From the IMG/VR virus record IMGVR_UViG_3300046171_000182, positions 32,001-96,000 of that record: DNA of 64,000 nucleotides; one strand, written 5' to 3'. Below, piece by piece: positions 47,184 to 56,847 of this stretch. The DNA is from a virus. The notes below the pieces were generated by a model that saw only the letters and a program-made list of their open reading frames with translations, did not search any database and was not told the DNA's origin. Position 1 is the stretch's first letter, and every line of letters starts with the position of its first letter. The position numbers and the translations under genes are program-made.

Positions 47184-47771
47184 ATGATATGGATAAGTGA
47201 ATATGAACATATAGAAGAACATGATTTAAATATTGATGTTGATCGCCTATATATGGATTATATTAGATTTACAAAAGAACATGAACATGTAACAGATGAT
47301 GCACGCAATATTGATTTTAATGCAGTATGCGTCAATAGAATACCTGGTGATCCTAACTCGGTCACTGGTGGAAATGTCAGAGGTAAGTACTGGACTTATC
47401 CAACTGACGAAGATAAAGAAGAAGAACGTCTGCCATACGTAGATGAAGCTGCATACACTGAAATTTGTCCGGAATTTGAGGACACATATACTGAAGAAGT
47501 ATTTAGTTTATTAAGTTTAAAGTGGAATATTGGTAGACTCAGGTTCTTGATGAAACCCCCCAGATCGTGCCTGTCTTGGCATAGAGATCCAGAGCGGAGA
47601 ATCCATATTCCACTTTACACCAATAAAGGTTGTAGAATGATTATTGAAGATCGTGCGTATTATATGCGTGCAGATGGTACAGTTTACATTACAGATAATA
47701 CTGTATATCATAACTTCTTTAATGGCGGTGAGGAAAATAGAGTACATTTAGTCGCAACAAAATTAGAATAA
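47184..47771 (+). CDS. Asp/Asn beta-hydroxylase-like 2OG-Fe(II) oxygenase
   Basis: RLRFL..PRSCLSWHRD...HIPL...HNFFN...RVHLV. Confidence 0.75.
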   Translation: MIWISEYEHIEEHDLNIDVDRLYMDYIRFTKEHEHVTDDARNIDFNAVCVNRIPGDPNSVTGGNVRGKYWTYPTDEDKEEERLPYVDEAAYTEICPEFEDTYTEEVFSLLSLKWNIGRLRFLMKPPRSCLSWHRDPERRIHIPLYTNKGCRMIIEDRAYYMRADGTVYITDNTVYHNFFNGGEENRVHLVATKLE

Positions 47772-47774
47772 CTG

Positions 47775-47803
47775 TGTACATTTAAAAAGAATCGTGGTAT
47801 AAT
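47775..47803 (+). promoter_or_regulatory. Early/middle-type promoter
   Basis: AACTG-TGTACA-N17-TATAAT. Confidence 0.72.
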
Positions 47804-47809
47804 AAGCAT

Positions 47810-49039
47810 ATGGAAAATTTTAAAACACATATAACTGAAAATAAAAACACGCATATGACTCATATCGAAGATAAGGTTATATATGGTGGTGTTAAGGGAA
47901 CACGAAATGCTATTATGGCCTTACGTTCTTTACGAGATATGTTGAAAGGCGAACACGATGGAAACGTATCTGTTAAATGGGATGGTGCTCCTGCTATATT
48001 TGCTGGTATTGATCCTGGTGATGGAAGATTCTTCGTGGCAAAAAAAGGAATCTTTAATAAGAATCCCAAAGTTTATAAAACTCCTGCTGATGTTGATGCT
48101 GACACTAGCGGCGATCTTGCTGATAAGCTTAAAACCGCTTTGTCAGAACTCCCTGCCTTGGGTATCAAAGGTGTCGTGCAAGGCGATTTCTTATATGGAC
48201 CAGGCGATGTAAAAACTAAAAAGATTGCTGGTGACTCTTATGTTACATTTCATCCTAATACTATAGTCTATGCAGTGCCAAGTAACTCAGCTGCAGCTGC
48301 AGAGATTAAGAAATCTAAAATAGGAATTGTATGGCATACTACATACACTGGTAAAACATTTGAAACTATGAGAGCGTCATATGGTGTAAATGTTTCGAAA
48401 CTAAAAAAATCTAAAGGCGTGTGGTCGCAAGATGCAATGCTTAGAGATTTAACCAATATAACTATGAGCAAACGTGATACGGAGGAAGTCAATGAATATC
48501 TTTCACAAGCTGGTAAAATCTTTAACAAAATCTCAGGAACAACCCTCAGGGAGCTCGAAAAACAGGAAGAGTTACAGAGGCTCATTGAAACGTACAACAA
48601 CTCCTTTGTTAGATCGGGTACAGTCATTGGAAATACAAGAGGACATGTATCTGGGCTCATTCGCTTCGTCACGCAAAGATACAAAAAAGAAATAGATAAG
48701 CGCAAAACCGAAAAAGGTAAAGGTGCACAGCAGCAAAAATTAGATACAATATTGTCATTCTTTAGTATACAAAACAAAAAAAGTTTAGAACAGATGTTTG
48801 AACTGCAAAAAGTTATAGTTTTGGCAAAATTAAAACTTATAAATATACTTAATAAGCTAGCGAAGGTGAAGACCTTCGTAAAGACTCATAATGGATACAA
48901 GGTAACTGGAGAAGAAGGTTACGTTGCAATTGATAAACTTGGTGGTGATGCTGTTAAGATTGTTGATCGAATGGAATTTTCGTACAACAACTTCAGCAAA
49001 GATATATTAAAGGGATGGGATAAACCAACGAGGAAGTAA
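47810..49039 (+). CDS. DUF6267-like T4-like protein
   Basis: KNTHMTHIED, KWDGAPA, QGDF, EGYV and KIVDRMEFS; KxDG resembles ligase-type nucleotidyltransferase motif I. Confidence 0.65.
   Translation: MENFKTHITENKNTHMTHIEDKVIYGGVKGTRNAIMALRSLRDMLKGEHDGNVSVKWDGAPAIFAGIDPGDGRFFVAKKGIFNKNPKVYKTPADVDADTSGDLADKLKTALSELPALGIKGVVQGDFLYGPGDVKTKKIAGDSYVTFHPNTIVYAVPSNSAAAAEIKKSKIGIVWHTTYTGKTFETMRASYGVNVSKLKKSKGVWSQDAMLRDLTNITMSKRDTEEVNEYLSQAGKIFNKISGTTLRELEKQEELQRLIETYNNSFVRSGTVIGNTRGHVSGLIRFVTQRYKKEIDKRKTEKGKGAQQQKLDTILSFFSIQNKKSLEQMFELQKVIVLAKLKLINILNKLAKVKTFVKTHNGYKVTGEEGYVAIDKLGGDAVKIVDRMEFSYNNFSKDILKGWDKPTRK
48838..48845 (+). promoter_or_regulatory. Late promoter TATAAATA
   Basis: Exact consensus upstream of the basic-protein cluster. 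Confidence 0.55.
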
Positions 49040-49573
49040 ATGTATAGTTTTAAAGAACTAATGATATTGCCTGTTGAACCAGGCGAAGACGAGTACTTAA
49101 AGTACCGTGCGATGAAACGTCGCAAGCATATGTATGAAGCTACGATTCCTAATGGCCAAACAGCTATGACGAAGAAGCCTGATCTTACCAATAAAGATAA
49201 GAAAACTATGGGTAAGATTGCAGATCTCATGAAGCGTGCTAATGAGGACAATGAAGAATCTACAGACGAAGCGCTATCAATGGCGGCTCGTCGTAAGCGT
49301 TCTCGCGATATGCGAAAAAATAAAAACAAATTAAGAATTGCTAGAAACCGCATGAAGAACCGTGTTGCTAATCCTGAGCGGATTAAGAAACGTGCGAAAA
49401 AGCAGGCAATAGATAAAATATATAAAAAGTTGACAAAAGGTATGTCAAGAAAAGATTTAACTCCTGCTAAAAAGGCTGAGCTTGAAAAACGTATTAGTAA
49501 AATGAAACCAAGAGTAAATCGCATAGCAAAAAAGCTTTTGCCATCAGTAAGAAGAGCTGCACACGGAAAATGA
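49040..49573 (+). CDS. Highly basic putative internal virion protein
   Basis: MYSFKEL start; EALSMAARRKR and K/R-rich C-terminus. Confidence 0.55.
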   Translation: MYSFKELMILPVEPGEDEYLKYRAMKRRKHMYEATIPNGQTAMTKKPDLTNKDKKTMGKIADLMKRANEDNEESTDEALSMAARRKRSRDMRKNKNKLRIARNRMKNRVANPERIKKRAKKQAIDKIYKKLTKGMSRKDLTPAKKAELEKRISKMKPRVNRIAKKLLPSVRRAAHGK

Positions 49574-50700
49574 TAAATCGGTTTAGTGAATACTTAGTAG
49601 AAGAAGAAAAAATTGGTTATTTGGTCTTTGGCCGAATGAATCCTCCTACTATTGGACATGGTAAATTATTAGATAAGCTCGCCACAACAGCTGGCCGAGC
49701 ACCTTATCGTATCTATCTGTCGCAGTCAAACGATCAAAAAGATAATCCTCTTACGTATTCTGACAAAGTAAAGTATGCACGTAAGATGTTTCCTCGTCAC
49801 GCAAGATCAATTATTATTGATAAAAAAGTCGTAACGCCCTTCCATGCACTATCTGCAATGTATAGTGCAGGATTTAAAAAGGTTATATTAGTTGCAGGAT
49901 CTGATCGTGTAAAAGAATATGACTTGCGTCTAAATAAATATAATGGAAAAAAGGGTACTCATGGATTTTATAACTTTGATGGTGGTGTAAAAGTTGTTAG
50001 TGCAGGCCAAAGAGATCCTGATGGAAAAGGTGCAGAAGGCGCATCTGGTACAAAGCAAAGAGGTTATGCAAAGAATAACGACTTTACTGGATTTGCACAA
50101 GGATTATCTAAAGCTATATCAAACCCTGATGCGAAGAAGATGTTCAACGCTGTACGCAATGGTATGGGGTTAAAAGAAGAGAATGAATTTAAAAGACATA
50201 TTCAACTTAAAACCGTATCAGAAACTAGAGAAGCTTTTATTAAAGGTGAGCTCTTTGAACTCGGGGAACAAGTCATTGTCAAGAAAACATCTGAGGTTGG
50301 TAAAATCACACTCATCGGATCGAACTACGTCATTGTAGAAACTTCTGATAAGACTACGAGACAGTGGTTAGATGCTGTTGAGAAGATTGTAGAAGAAGCA
50401 AAGTATGATTATGGAACTGATGCATCAGTAAAGTATATGAAAAAGACTACACCTGGACAGAATGAGAGCACACCTCAAGATTCTGACATTAAGGATCGTG
50501 AAGGATCGCAGCCTAAAGCGTATCATAAAGGCCTAAAGAAAGCTACAAAGGTAGCAAGAGATCGGCACTTTAAGAAACATGGTAAAAAAGCAGATAACGA
50601 TCCTAGTGCATATAAACCAGCACCAGGTGATAAAAAGAATAAAGGTAAAACTAAACAATCGACTTGGACTACTAAGTTTAAGCAGATGTATGGGGATTAA
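49570..50700 (+). CDS. HIGH-family nucleotidyltransferase with basic DUF5824-like tail
   Basis: FGRMNPPTIGH, VAGSDR, VSAG.RDPD, SGTK.R. Confidence 0.75.
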   Translation: MINRFSEYLVEEEKIGYLVFGRMNPPTIGHGKLLDKLATTAGRAPYRIYLSQSNDQKDNPLTYSDKVKYARKMFPRHARSIIIDKKVVTPFHALSAMYSAGFKKVILVAGSDRVKEYDLRLNKYNGKKGTHGFYNFDGGVKVVSAGQRDPDGKGAEGASGTKQRGYAKNNDFTGFAQGLSKAISNPDAKKMFNAVRNGMGLKEENEFKRHIQLKTVSETREAFIKGELFELGEQVIVKKTSEVGKITLIGSNYVIVETSDKTTRQWLDAVEKIVEEAKYDYGTDASVKYMKKTTPGQNESTPQDSDIKDREGSQPKAYHKGLKKATKVARDRHFKKHGKKADNDPSAYKPAPGDKKNKGKTKQSTWTTKFKQMYGD

Positions 50701-50940
50701 ATGATAAACTTCAAAGAATATATCACAGAAGATAAAGCAGGTAGCTCACTTGCCGATAAATCTAAAAAGTCAGGTATCTCTACAGGTACTTTGCGTAAAG
50801 TATTTAATCGTGGCGTTGCTGCATGGAAAACCGGTCACAGACCTGGCACCACGCCAACTCAGTGGGGACATGCACGAGTCAATGCTTTTATTGTCAAAAA
50901 GAAAAAAGGTGGGCTTAACCATGATAAGGACCTAGCATAA
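50701..50940 (+). CDS. DUF5824-like small basic protein
   Basis: MINFKEYITE start; RGVAAWKTGHRPG..QWGHARVNAF. Confidence 0.65.
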   Translation: MINFKEYITEDKAGSSLADKSKKSGISTGTLRKVFNRGVAAWKTGHRPGTTPTQWGHARVNAFIVKKKKGGLNHDKDLA

Positions 50941-51287
50941 TGAAATCTTTTATTCAAATAAGGCAGGAACTAAATGAATCTCCTTACGGTGATCCATATA
51001 GAACTGTTCAACGAACAAAAGATGCTATGTCTAGTCATACTGCTGCTATAAAAAAACATGATACAGCTATGCAATCTCATATAAACAAAGCTAATGCTGC
51101 AGAGAAAAAGGGTTTAAATACCAAAGCTGATAACCATAGAGAAGCTGCTAATGCACACCACCTTGGAAAAGAAGATCACGATCACGCTAAAAGCTTATTA
51201 AAAAAACATGGACCAGATCATAATGGATATGAATCAGCTGCAAAAAGTGCACATTCAAGTTCAGATCGTATTCATAAAGATAACTAG
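50940..51287 (+). CDS. His/Ala/Lys-rich putative internal protein
   Basis: MKSFIQIRQELNE start; many H..A repeats. Confidence 0.55.
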   Translation: MKSFIQIRQELNESPYGDPYRTVQRTKDAMSSHTAAIKKHDTAMQSHINKANAAEKKGLNTKADNHREAANAHHLGKEDHDHAKSLLKKHGPDHNGYESAAKSAHSSSDRIHKDN

Positions 51288-51296
51288 GGGTTAAAA

Positions 51297-52628
51297 ATGA
51301 AAACATTTAAAGAAATAAGTGAAGCCTCAGGCGTTTCATCAAGCGGTGCACAGCACATGCTTAGTAATGATGCTGAGAAAAAAGCACATTCAGCTCTCAT
51401 GCAAAAGAAGCATGGCGTTAAAACAACTTATCATGGCAGCGATGAACTAAAATATCACGGTTCTCAAAAGAATGTAAAGAAAGCTCTTGGTACTCATTAT
51501 GGCGGTGATCATGATCATGCAAAAGATGATCATCCACACATTTATAAAGAAAACGTCAAAACCGCTGATAGAAAACCTGAAATCTATACAAAGCCTGATG
51601 GAAAAAAGGGTACACGTATGGTGCCTATGGATAGAGAAGTTATCAAGAAGGAAAAAACTCTTGAATGGCTAAAGGCATCTCTTGCAAGAGAAGCTGCAAA
51701 AGTTAAACCACGTCAAGATGACATGGAAGAAGCTTACGAAAACACAATGTACTGTAAAAAGTGTGGGTGTGAAAGAGGTAATCCAGATCCTGACTGTTCA
51801 TGCAAAATGGAAAACGCTTCATTGACAGATGCACAATGTTATTCAGAACAATCTAAATGTGGATCTTTACGTAAAGAAGACGTTAACGAGCTAACAATTG
51901 CTGATGTCCAAAAGGCTACTGCGATGGCAAAGAAACGTCAAGCAAAAGAACGTGAAGCCGGAAAGAAAAGTGTATCAACCACTGATCTTGGAGCACGTAT
52001 GCCTAAAAAAGAAACATTTGAGCCTCATATGATGTATGATCCAAAAACAGGCAAAGGCTATAAAGCTGAAAAAGAAGCCGATCACCTTCGAATGAAGAAG
52101 ATGGGATACACTCACGACAAACCTAAAAACGAAGGCGTTAAAACATTTGCCGAGATCTCAAAAGGTATGGCAGGCCGTTATATCAAAAAGGCACAAGTAA
52201 GTACAGCAGATGCTGCAAAGAGTACTGAGCGTGGATACGTTGACTCACGCTCGCCTGATCGTGGTATTGCTACAGCAGGAAAAGCTCAGACTAGAAAAGG
52301 CATTAAGACATTTATTAATCGCAATAAGGGTACATCTACTGCTGTTAATAAATTAACTGGTAAAGCTAAAGTACCTGCAAGAGAAAGTAAAGGCATTGAC
52401 GCAATGAAGAAGGCTGGTAATGCTAAAGCTGATGCTGAAGCAGCCGACCGTAAGAAAATGAAAAACGAAATTTCAAATAATAAGATGGGCCAATACGTAC
52501 GTAAAGCTGGCGCCGATATTGCAAAAAAGGCCGGAGCTGGAGATACCGATAAAGCTAAAGCAAGAGTAAAAGGCGTATCTAAAGCTATGGATAAGATGGA
52601 CAAGAACAGATTGTTTGGAAGGCAGTAA
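51297..52628 (+). CDS. Modular Lys/Ala-rich putative internal polyprotein
   Basis: MKTFKEISE start; internal KTFAEIS and NEIS modules. Confidence 0.55.
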   Translation: MKTFKEISEASGVSSSGAQHMLSNDAEKKAHSALMQKKHGVKTTYHGSDELKYHGSQKNVKKALGTHYGGDHDHAKDDHPHIYKENVKTADRKPEIYTKPDGKKGTRMVPMDREVIKKEKTLEWLKASLAREAAKVKPRQDDMEEAYENTMYCKKCGCERGNPDPDCSCKMENASLTDAQCYSEQSKCGSLRKEDVNELTIADVQKATAMAKKRQAKEREAGKKSVSTTDLGARMPKKETFEPHMMYDPKTGKGYKAEKEADHLRMKKMGYTHDKPKNEGVKTFAEISKGMAGRYIKKAQVSTADAAKSTERGYVDSRSPDRGIATAGKAQTRKGIKTFINRNKGTSTAVNKLTGKAKVPARESKGIDAMKKAGNAKADAEAADRKKMKNEISNNKMGQYVRKAGADIAKKAGAGDTDKAKARVKGVSKAMDKMDKNRLFGRQ

Positions 52629-53041
52629 TGACAACTACACGAGAGCTGTTAGCACAAATATATCAACATAGTCAAGTTGGAACTATGGAAGAAGCTAAAG
52701 ATCCTGGCGAATATGATCAGGAAGGTGGAATGGCTAAAGGTCAATTAAAAACAATGATTGATGCTGCTCAAGAGTTGCATGATATGCTAGGTGAAAATGA
52801 TAACCTTCCAGAATGGGTACAGTCAAAAATAACAAAGGCTACCGATTATATTGATTCAGTAAGAGATTATATGAAGAGCGAAGTATCTGAAGGTCCGGCA
52901 CGAGATCGTATTCTAAAGCAAATGGATAAAGCTAGTGGTAGAACACAAGCCGATCGTGAAGCTGATGCAAAGAAAGCTGCAGCACGACGTAAGGCTGCAG
53001 ATAAAGACTTAGCCGATTTTAGAAAGAAAATGGGATCATGA
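52628..53041 (+). CDS. Hypothetical protein (EYDQEGGMA, LPEWVQSKITKA)
   Basis: Coupled ORF within the cluster. Confidence 0.6.
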   Translation: MTTTRELLAQIYQHSQVGTMEEAKDPGEYDQEGGMAKGQLKTMIDAAQELHDMLGENDNLPEWVQSKITKATDYIDSVRDYMKSEVSEGPARDRILKQMDKASGRTQADREADAKKAAARRKAADKDLADFRKKMGS

Positions 53042-53271
53042 TAAAGTTTAAGCAATTCATATCTGAAAAAAAATCAGAGTCTTGGGAAGCAGGATATAAA
53101 CGTAGAGTTGTGAAAACTACTGATGCCGATCATAAAGCCGATGGCTATAAATGGAGAATCAAAGGTAAAGAACGTCCTGAGATTTCTATTAAATTATATA
53201 AATCTAAACCAAATCAAGCTGAATTTAACAAGCAGATGAGACGAGTTGCGGGGCACGAGTTCGGTGGATAG
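53038..53271 (+). CDS. Small basic putative internal protein
   Basis: MIKFKQFISE start. Confidence 0.6.
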   Translation: MIKFKQFISEKKSESWEAGYKRRVVKTTDADHKADGYKWRIKGKERPEISIKLYKSKPNQAEFNKQMRRVAGHEFGG

Positions 53272-53554
53272 ATTTAAGACTTTCGCAGAAAAAGACTCAA
53301 AGGGTCATTTTCGTGCAACCGATAAGGGTGCCGGCATGACACAAAAAGGAGTCGATGCTGAGAATAGAAGAACTGGTGGTAACCTAAAGACTGCGGTTAC
53401 TACTAAACCTAGTAAGTTGAAGAAGGGATCCAAAGCTGCTAATAGGCGTAAATCATATTGCGCTCGAAGTGCAGGACAAATGAAAAAGTTTCCAGCTGCC
53501 GCTAAAGATCCTGATAGTAGACTTCGTCAAGCGAGGCGGAGGTGGAATTGTTAG
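53264..53554 (+). CDS. DUF6321-like basic protein
   Basis: GTG start MDRFKTFAE; GAGMTQKG...RRKSYCARSAG...RRWNC. Confidence 0.65.
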   Translation: MDRFKTFAEKDSKGHFRATDKGAGMTQKGVDAENRRTGGNLKTAVTTKPSKLKKGSKAANRRKSYCARSAGQMKKFPAAAKDPDSRLRQARRRWNC

Positions 53555-53593
53555 GCTATGCGGCAAACTCTAGAACTAACTACGGAATTGAAA

Positions 53594-53866
53594 ATGACTA
53601 CTAATGCTAGACTAGATAGAATTGAAGAGAAGCTCGATAACCTCACCGAGGCTATGATTGCTTTAGCGCGCGCTGAAGAAAAGATCGCCGGTATTAAAGA
53701 AGCCCAAGATAGCGGTTGGGAACGTATGAATCGATTTAGTGAAAAGTTAGATAGTATAGAGAGACAGGTGCAAGACAATGCACAGACTGTTAAAGTAATA
53801 AATAAACTATTCTGGGTAGCAGTTATAGCTGTGGCCGGATCAATCGCAGCCCAAATGTGGATGTAA
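53594..53866 (+). CDS. Coiled-coil protein with C-terminal TM helix
   Basis: RLDRIEEKLD heptads and hydrophobic tail. Confidence 0.6.
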   Translation: MTTNARLDRIEEKLDNLTEAMIALARAEEKIAGIKEAQDSGWERMNRFSEKLDSIERQVQDNAQTVKVINKLFWVAVIAVAGSIAAQMWM

Positions 53867-53877
53867 AGGAAACTAAA

Positions 53878-54552
53878 ATGAAAACGCAAGACATAAGAAA
53901 TATGGGCCTCGCTTTGCAATCGGTCCAAGAGACATTTAACGATGCTCGCCCTGGAACTAAGCAGAATCAAAAAGATTTTGATAAGGCTTCTAAAATGGCA
54001 AAGCCAAAAAGCCAAGTATCTTTGAAACCTATGCCAACATCCTTAGCTAAGAAAATGGCTAAAGACGAAGGTGCTGACAGTTCACCAATGAAAAAAGAAG
54101 CATTGAAAGGTGATCAACATAAACTAGATCACGATAAAGATGGCGACATCGATGGTAAAGATTTTGCTATGCTTCGCAAAAAGAAAAAAGGCGAAAAGTC
54201 TGAAGTAAAACCACGTCAAGAACCTAATACCGAAAATGGAAAAGGTGATGCAGCAATGGAGAAGAAAGAATCTACTCGCTGGCCTGTATACGCTCGTATC
54301 ATGGAAAAGCAATCTCATACTGCAGGTGCTACAGCTCCTGAAGAAATGGATTCTAAGGATTCACCTTCTGCAAAGAAAATGAAAAAAGATCATAAGCCTG
54401 ACGTAAATGACATTGAAGCAAAAAGTCATCAAGATGCAGCAGATGCTGGTCGTAAAGGACCAGCTGCAAAAGCCCGCCCAAATGATAACATGAAAGGCGA
54501 TAAGAATATTGTAAACCCAGTAAAAGGAGCAGTGACAAGTGGCAGCAATTAG
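53878..54552 (+). CDS. Charged protein with EF-hand-like DHDKDGDIDGKD loop
   Basis: Dx(D/N)xDG motif; AAGGA RBS. Confidence 0.6.
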   Translation: MKTQDIRNMGLALQSVQETFNDARPGTKQNQKDFDKASKMAKPKSQVSLKPMPTSLAKKMAKDEGADSSPMKKEALKGDQHKLDHDKDGDIDGKDFAMLRKKKKGEKSEVKPRQEPNTENGKGDAAMEKKESTRWPVYARIMEKQSHTAGATAPEEMDSKDSPSAKKMKKDHKPDVNDIEAKSHQDAADAGRKGPAAKARPNDNMKGDKNIVNPVKGAVTSGSN

Positions 54553-54889
54553 TCCTCCAAGTTGGGCGAAGAACGCAATTCCAACCTTAAATGGCTGGAG
54601 AGATCCTCGTACTAATGAATTATTAAAGTCTCAAAATATATCACAAGAAGATATTGATGCCTATTCAGGTGTAGTTGAACAGCACGTTATGAAAAAATCA
54701 CCAAGGCCGGAGACTCCACCTATGCCTAAACCAATACAATTAAATGAAGCGCCAGCAAATAATACTTCAATGGAAGCTATGACTAAACTTCAGTTAGAAG
54801 CTTTAGGTAGACAACATGGCGTTGAGTTAGATCGTAGGAAAAGTAAATCTGATTTGATTGACGAATTAAACGAGATAATTTCTGAATAA
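54539..54889 (+). CDS. Hypothetical protein with C-terminal helix-extension-helix-like motif
   Basis: MTKLQLEALGRQHGVELDRRKSKSDLI. Confidence 0.55.
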   Translation: MAAISPPSWAKNAIPTLNGWRDPRTNELLKSQNISQEDIDAYSGVVEQHVMKKSPRPETPPMPKPIQLNEAPANNTSMEAMTKLQLEALGRQHGVELDRRKSKSDLIDELNEIISE

Positions 54890-54918
54890 ATAGGTGTGAA
54901 ACTTATTTAGGATAGATT

Positions 54919-55284
54919 ATGGAATTTACTGAAGTTACCGAAGAAAATGTACTTCTTTATGCGGCTAAGAATTATAATAATCCTCTGGGTGCAAGTTCAG
55001 AGGATTTTTACGAAGATCTTAAGAGAATAAAATATATTAAGAGATTAGTAAATCGTTATATTGGTTATGGTGAATTGTCAGAAAGATTGATATTAAATCA
55101 TCTTATAGTATTTTTTAATATGTTTGGTATTGAAGCTGGATGCAAAATATTAGAATTAAAATTAGATCCAATGCATTGGCCTGTGGTAAAACCATTTTTA
55201 ATATTTTTAAAGTATGTAAAGAATACAGAGTATGCACAATACAGGATGGATGAAGGTATCGTAGAAGCCTTAAGGAAAATTTGA
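54919..55284 (+). CDS. T4-like hypothetical protein
   Basis: YNNP...FYEDLKRIKYIKRL...ERLILNHLI. Confidence 0.65.
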   Translation: MEFTEVTEENVLLYAAKNYNNPLGASSEDFYEDLKRIKYIKRLVNRYIGYGELSERLILNHLIVFFNMFGIEAGCKILELKLDPMHWPVVKPFLIFLKYVKNTEYAQYRMDEGIVEALRKI

Positions 55285-55850
55285 TGGGAATAGTTAAAAG
55301 AGCAGCAGACCTAGTTTATACATTCAGATTTCTCAAACTTCTTGTTACGTCGTTTGATAAAACTGCTGCATTCAAATTAGGCATAATCGACGAAAAAGGT
55401 AAGCGTCTGAAAAAACCTAAAACTCCTGAGGAAAAAGATGCATACACACCATTTAATAGACTAGTGTTTAATGTTAAAAGACTTATACCAGCAGGTAAAG
55501 TCGGCTCTTACGCTTCTGCCCTTTATTTAATAAAAGAACACGGTCAACTATCTGATGAATCAGTAGAAAAAATTATGAAAGAATTAGGATTAAACTCTAT
55601 AGAATTTATGTTAGAAGAAAACAGATGGTTTGTTTGTGAAGATAAAATGTTATCTCCTGGAATATATCGTTTACAAAATGATAAGATGATTAATTCTACG
55701 TTTGAAGATATAGTTAAAATGAAAGATAGAATTAGAATAAAAGAAGATTCATATCCTATAGGTGATGTATACGGTATTGACATATATGAAGCTGTTCACA
55801 TGAATACAAATCAAAATATTTACATTTCATCAATGGAGCTTATCAAATGA
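55284..55850 (+). CDS. T4-like hypothetical protein
   Basis: YTFRFLKLL..F....AFKLGIIDEKG. Confidence 0.65.
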   Translation: MGIVKRAADLVYTFRFLKLLVTSFDKTAAFKLGIIDEKGKRLKKPKTPEEKDAYTPFNRLVFNVKRLIPAGKVGSYASALYLIKEHGQLSDESVEKIMKELGLNSIEFMLEENRWFVCEDKMLSPGIYRLQNDKMINSTFEDIVKMKDRIRIKEDSYPIGDVYGIDIYEAVHMNTNQNIYISSMELIK

Positions 55851-56107
55851 AAGAAGCAGGATTATGGGCAAATATATGGGCTAAGCGCCGCGCCGGTAAA
55901 AAGATGAGAAAAAAAGGTGAGGCAGGCGCGCCAACTCCAGATGCTATTAAGAAGGCTCAAGAGATGACAGGCGGAACTACTACTGCATCTGTTGTAGGTG
56001 CAGGAGATAATCCTTCTGGTACTGTTGTTATAGATAAACGTAGACGTAAGGATAGAGATCCTAGAGTACTAAAACGTTTTAGGACATATACTGGTTCAGA
56101 TGCTTAG
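55847..56107 (+). CDS. Small basic hypothetical protein
   Basis: GLWANIWAKRRAGKKMRKKG. Confidence 0.55.
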   Translation: MKEAGLWANIWAKRRAGKKMRKKGEAGAPTPDAIKKAQEMTGGTTTASVVGAGDNPSGTVVIDKRRRKDRDPRVLKRFRTYTGSDA

Positions 56108-56525
56108 AGTTTATTTATTTTTATTTTTGATTGCTACGTTTAGTGGTATAGGTTACACTGCATATTGGTATTATGAAACATCAGAAGCCGAGAAGGCGCA
56201 ACTAAGAAAAAATAATGTTGTGCTACAAGGGGCTACTGAAACGTTAGAAAAAACTGTAGCTGAATTAAGAGACGAAGCTAATAATAATTCTTTGATGATA
56301 GTTGAACTACAAGAAGCATTACAAAAGTCAGAAGCCGGACTTGATAGGCTTAGAAAAAGATTTAGTCAAATTGATATAACAAGAGAAGCTCTCGAAGATC
56401 CGGCGGATCTCGAGCGGAGGATTAATCGTGGCGTGGACCGACTCATACAAAATATTTTATCTGATACCTCTCCTTCTATTACTGACGAGTTGCGCGAAGA
56501 CACCGGAACCGATAGTAGTAACTGA
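56100..56525 (+). CDS. Inner-membrane spanin (Rz-like)
   Basis: N-terminal TM and coiled coil, overlapped by a lipoprotein gene. Confidence 0.75.
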   Translation: MLRVYLFLFLIATFSGIGYTAYWYYETSEAEKAQLRKNNVVLQGATETLEKTVAELRDEANNNSLMIVELQEALQKSEAGLDRLRKRFSQIDITREALEDPADLERRINRGVDRLIQNILSDTSPSITDELREDTGTDSSN

Positions 56526-56796
56526 GAAAGAATACATTTATCCAACCATTCCTTTACAGGCAGCACCGAAACCGGTTGATATGCCTGACGTTGAGTGGTT
56601 TGTTATCAATGAAGATAACCTAGAAGAATCTATTGCAAGGATTAAAGAAGCCGGTGGTGTTGCCGCCTTCATGGCTATTACGCCAAAAGGATATGAAAAC
56701 CTATCATTAGGCATATCAGATATACGCAGATATATACTTCAGCAAAAAGAAATTATTGCGTACTATGAGACACAAATTCAAGAAATAAAAAAATAA
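56428..56796 (+). CDS. Outer-membrane spanin (Rz1-like lipoprotein)
   Basis: LLLLLTSC lipobox, Pro-rich segment, overlaps the i-spanin. Confidence 0.75.
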   Translation: MAWTDSYKIFYLIPLLLLLTSCAKTPEPIVVTEKEYIYPTIPLQAAPKPVDMPDVEWFVINEDNLEESIARIKEAGGVAAFMAITPKGYENLSLGISDIRRYILQQKEIIAYYETQIQEIKK

Positions 56797-56847
56797 AATA
56801 AATACAATATGTTGTATTTTTATCACTAAATATGGTACATATTGCTA

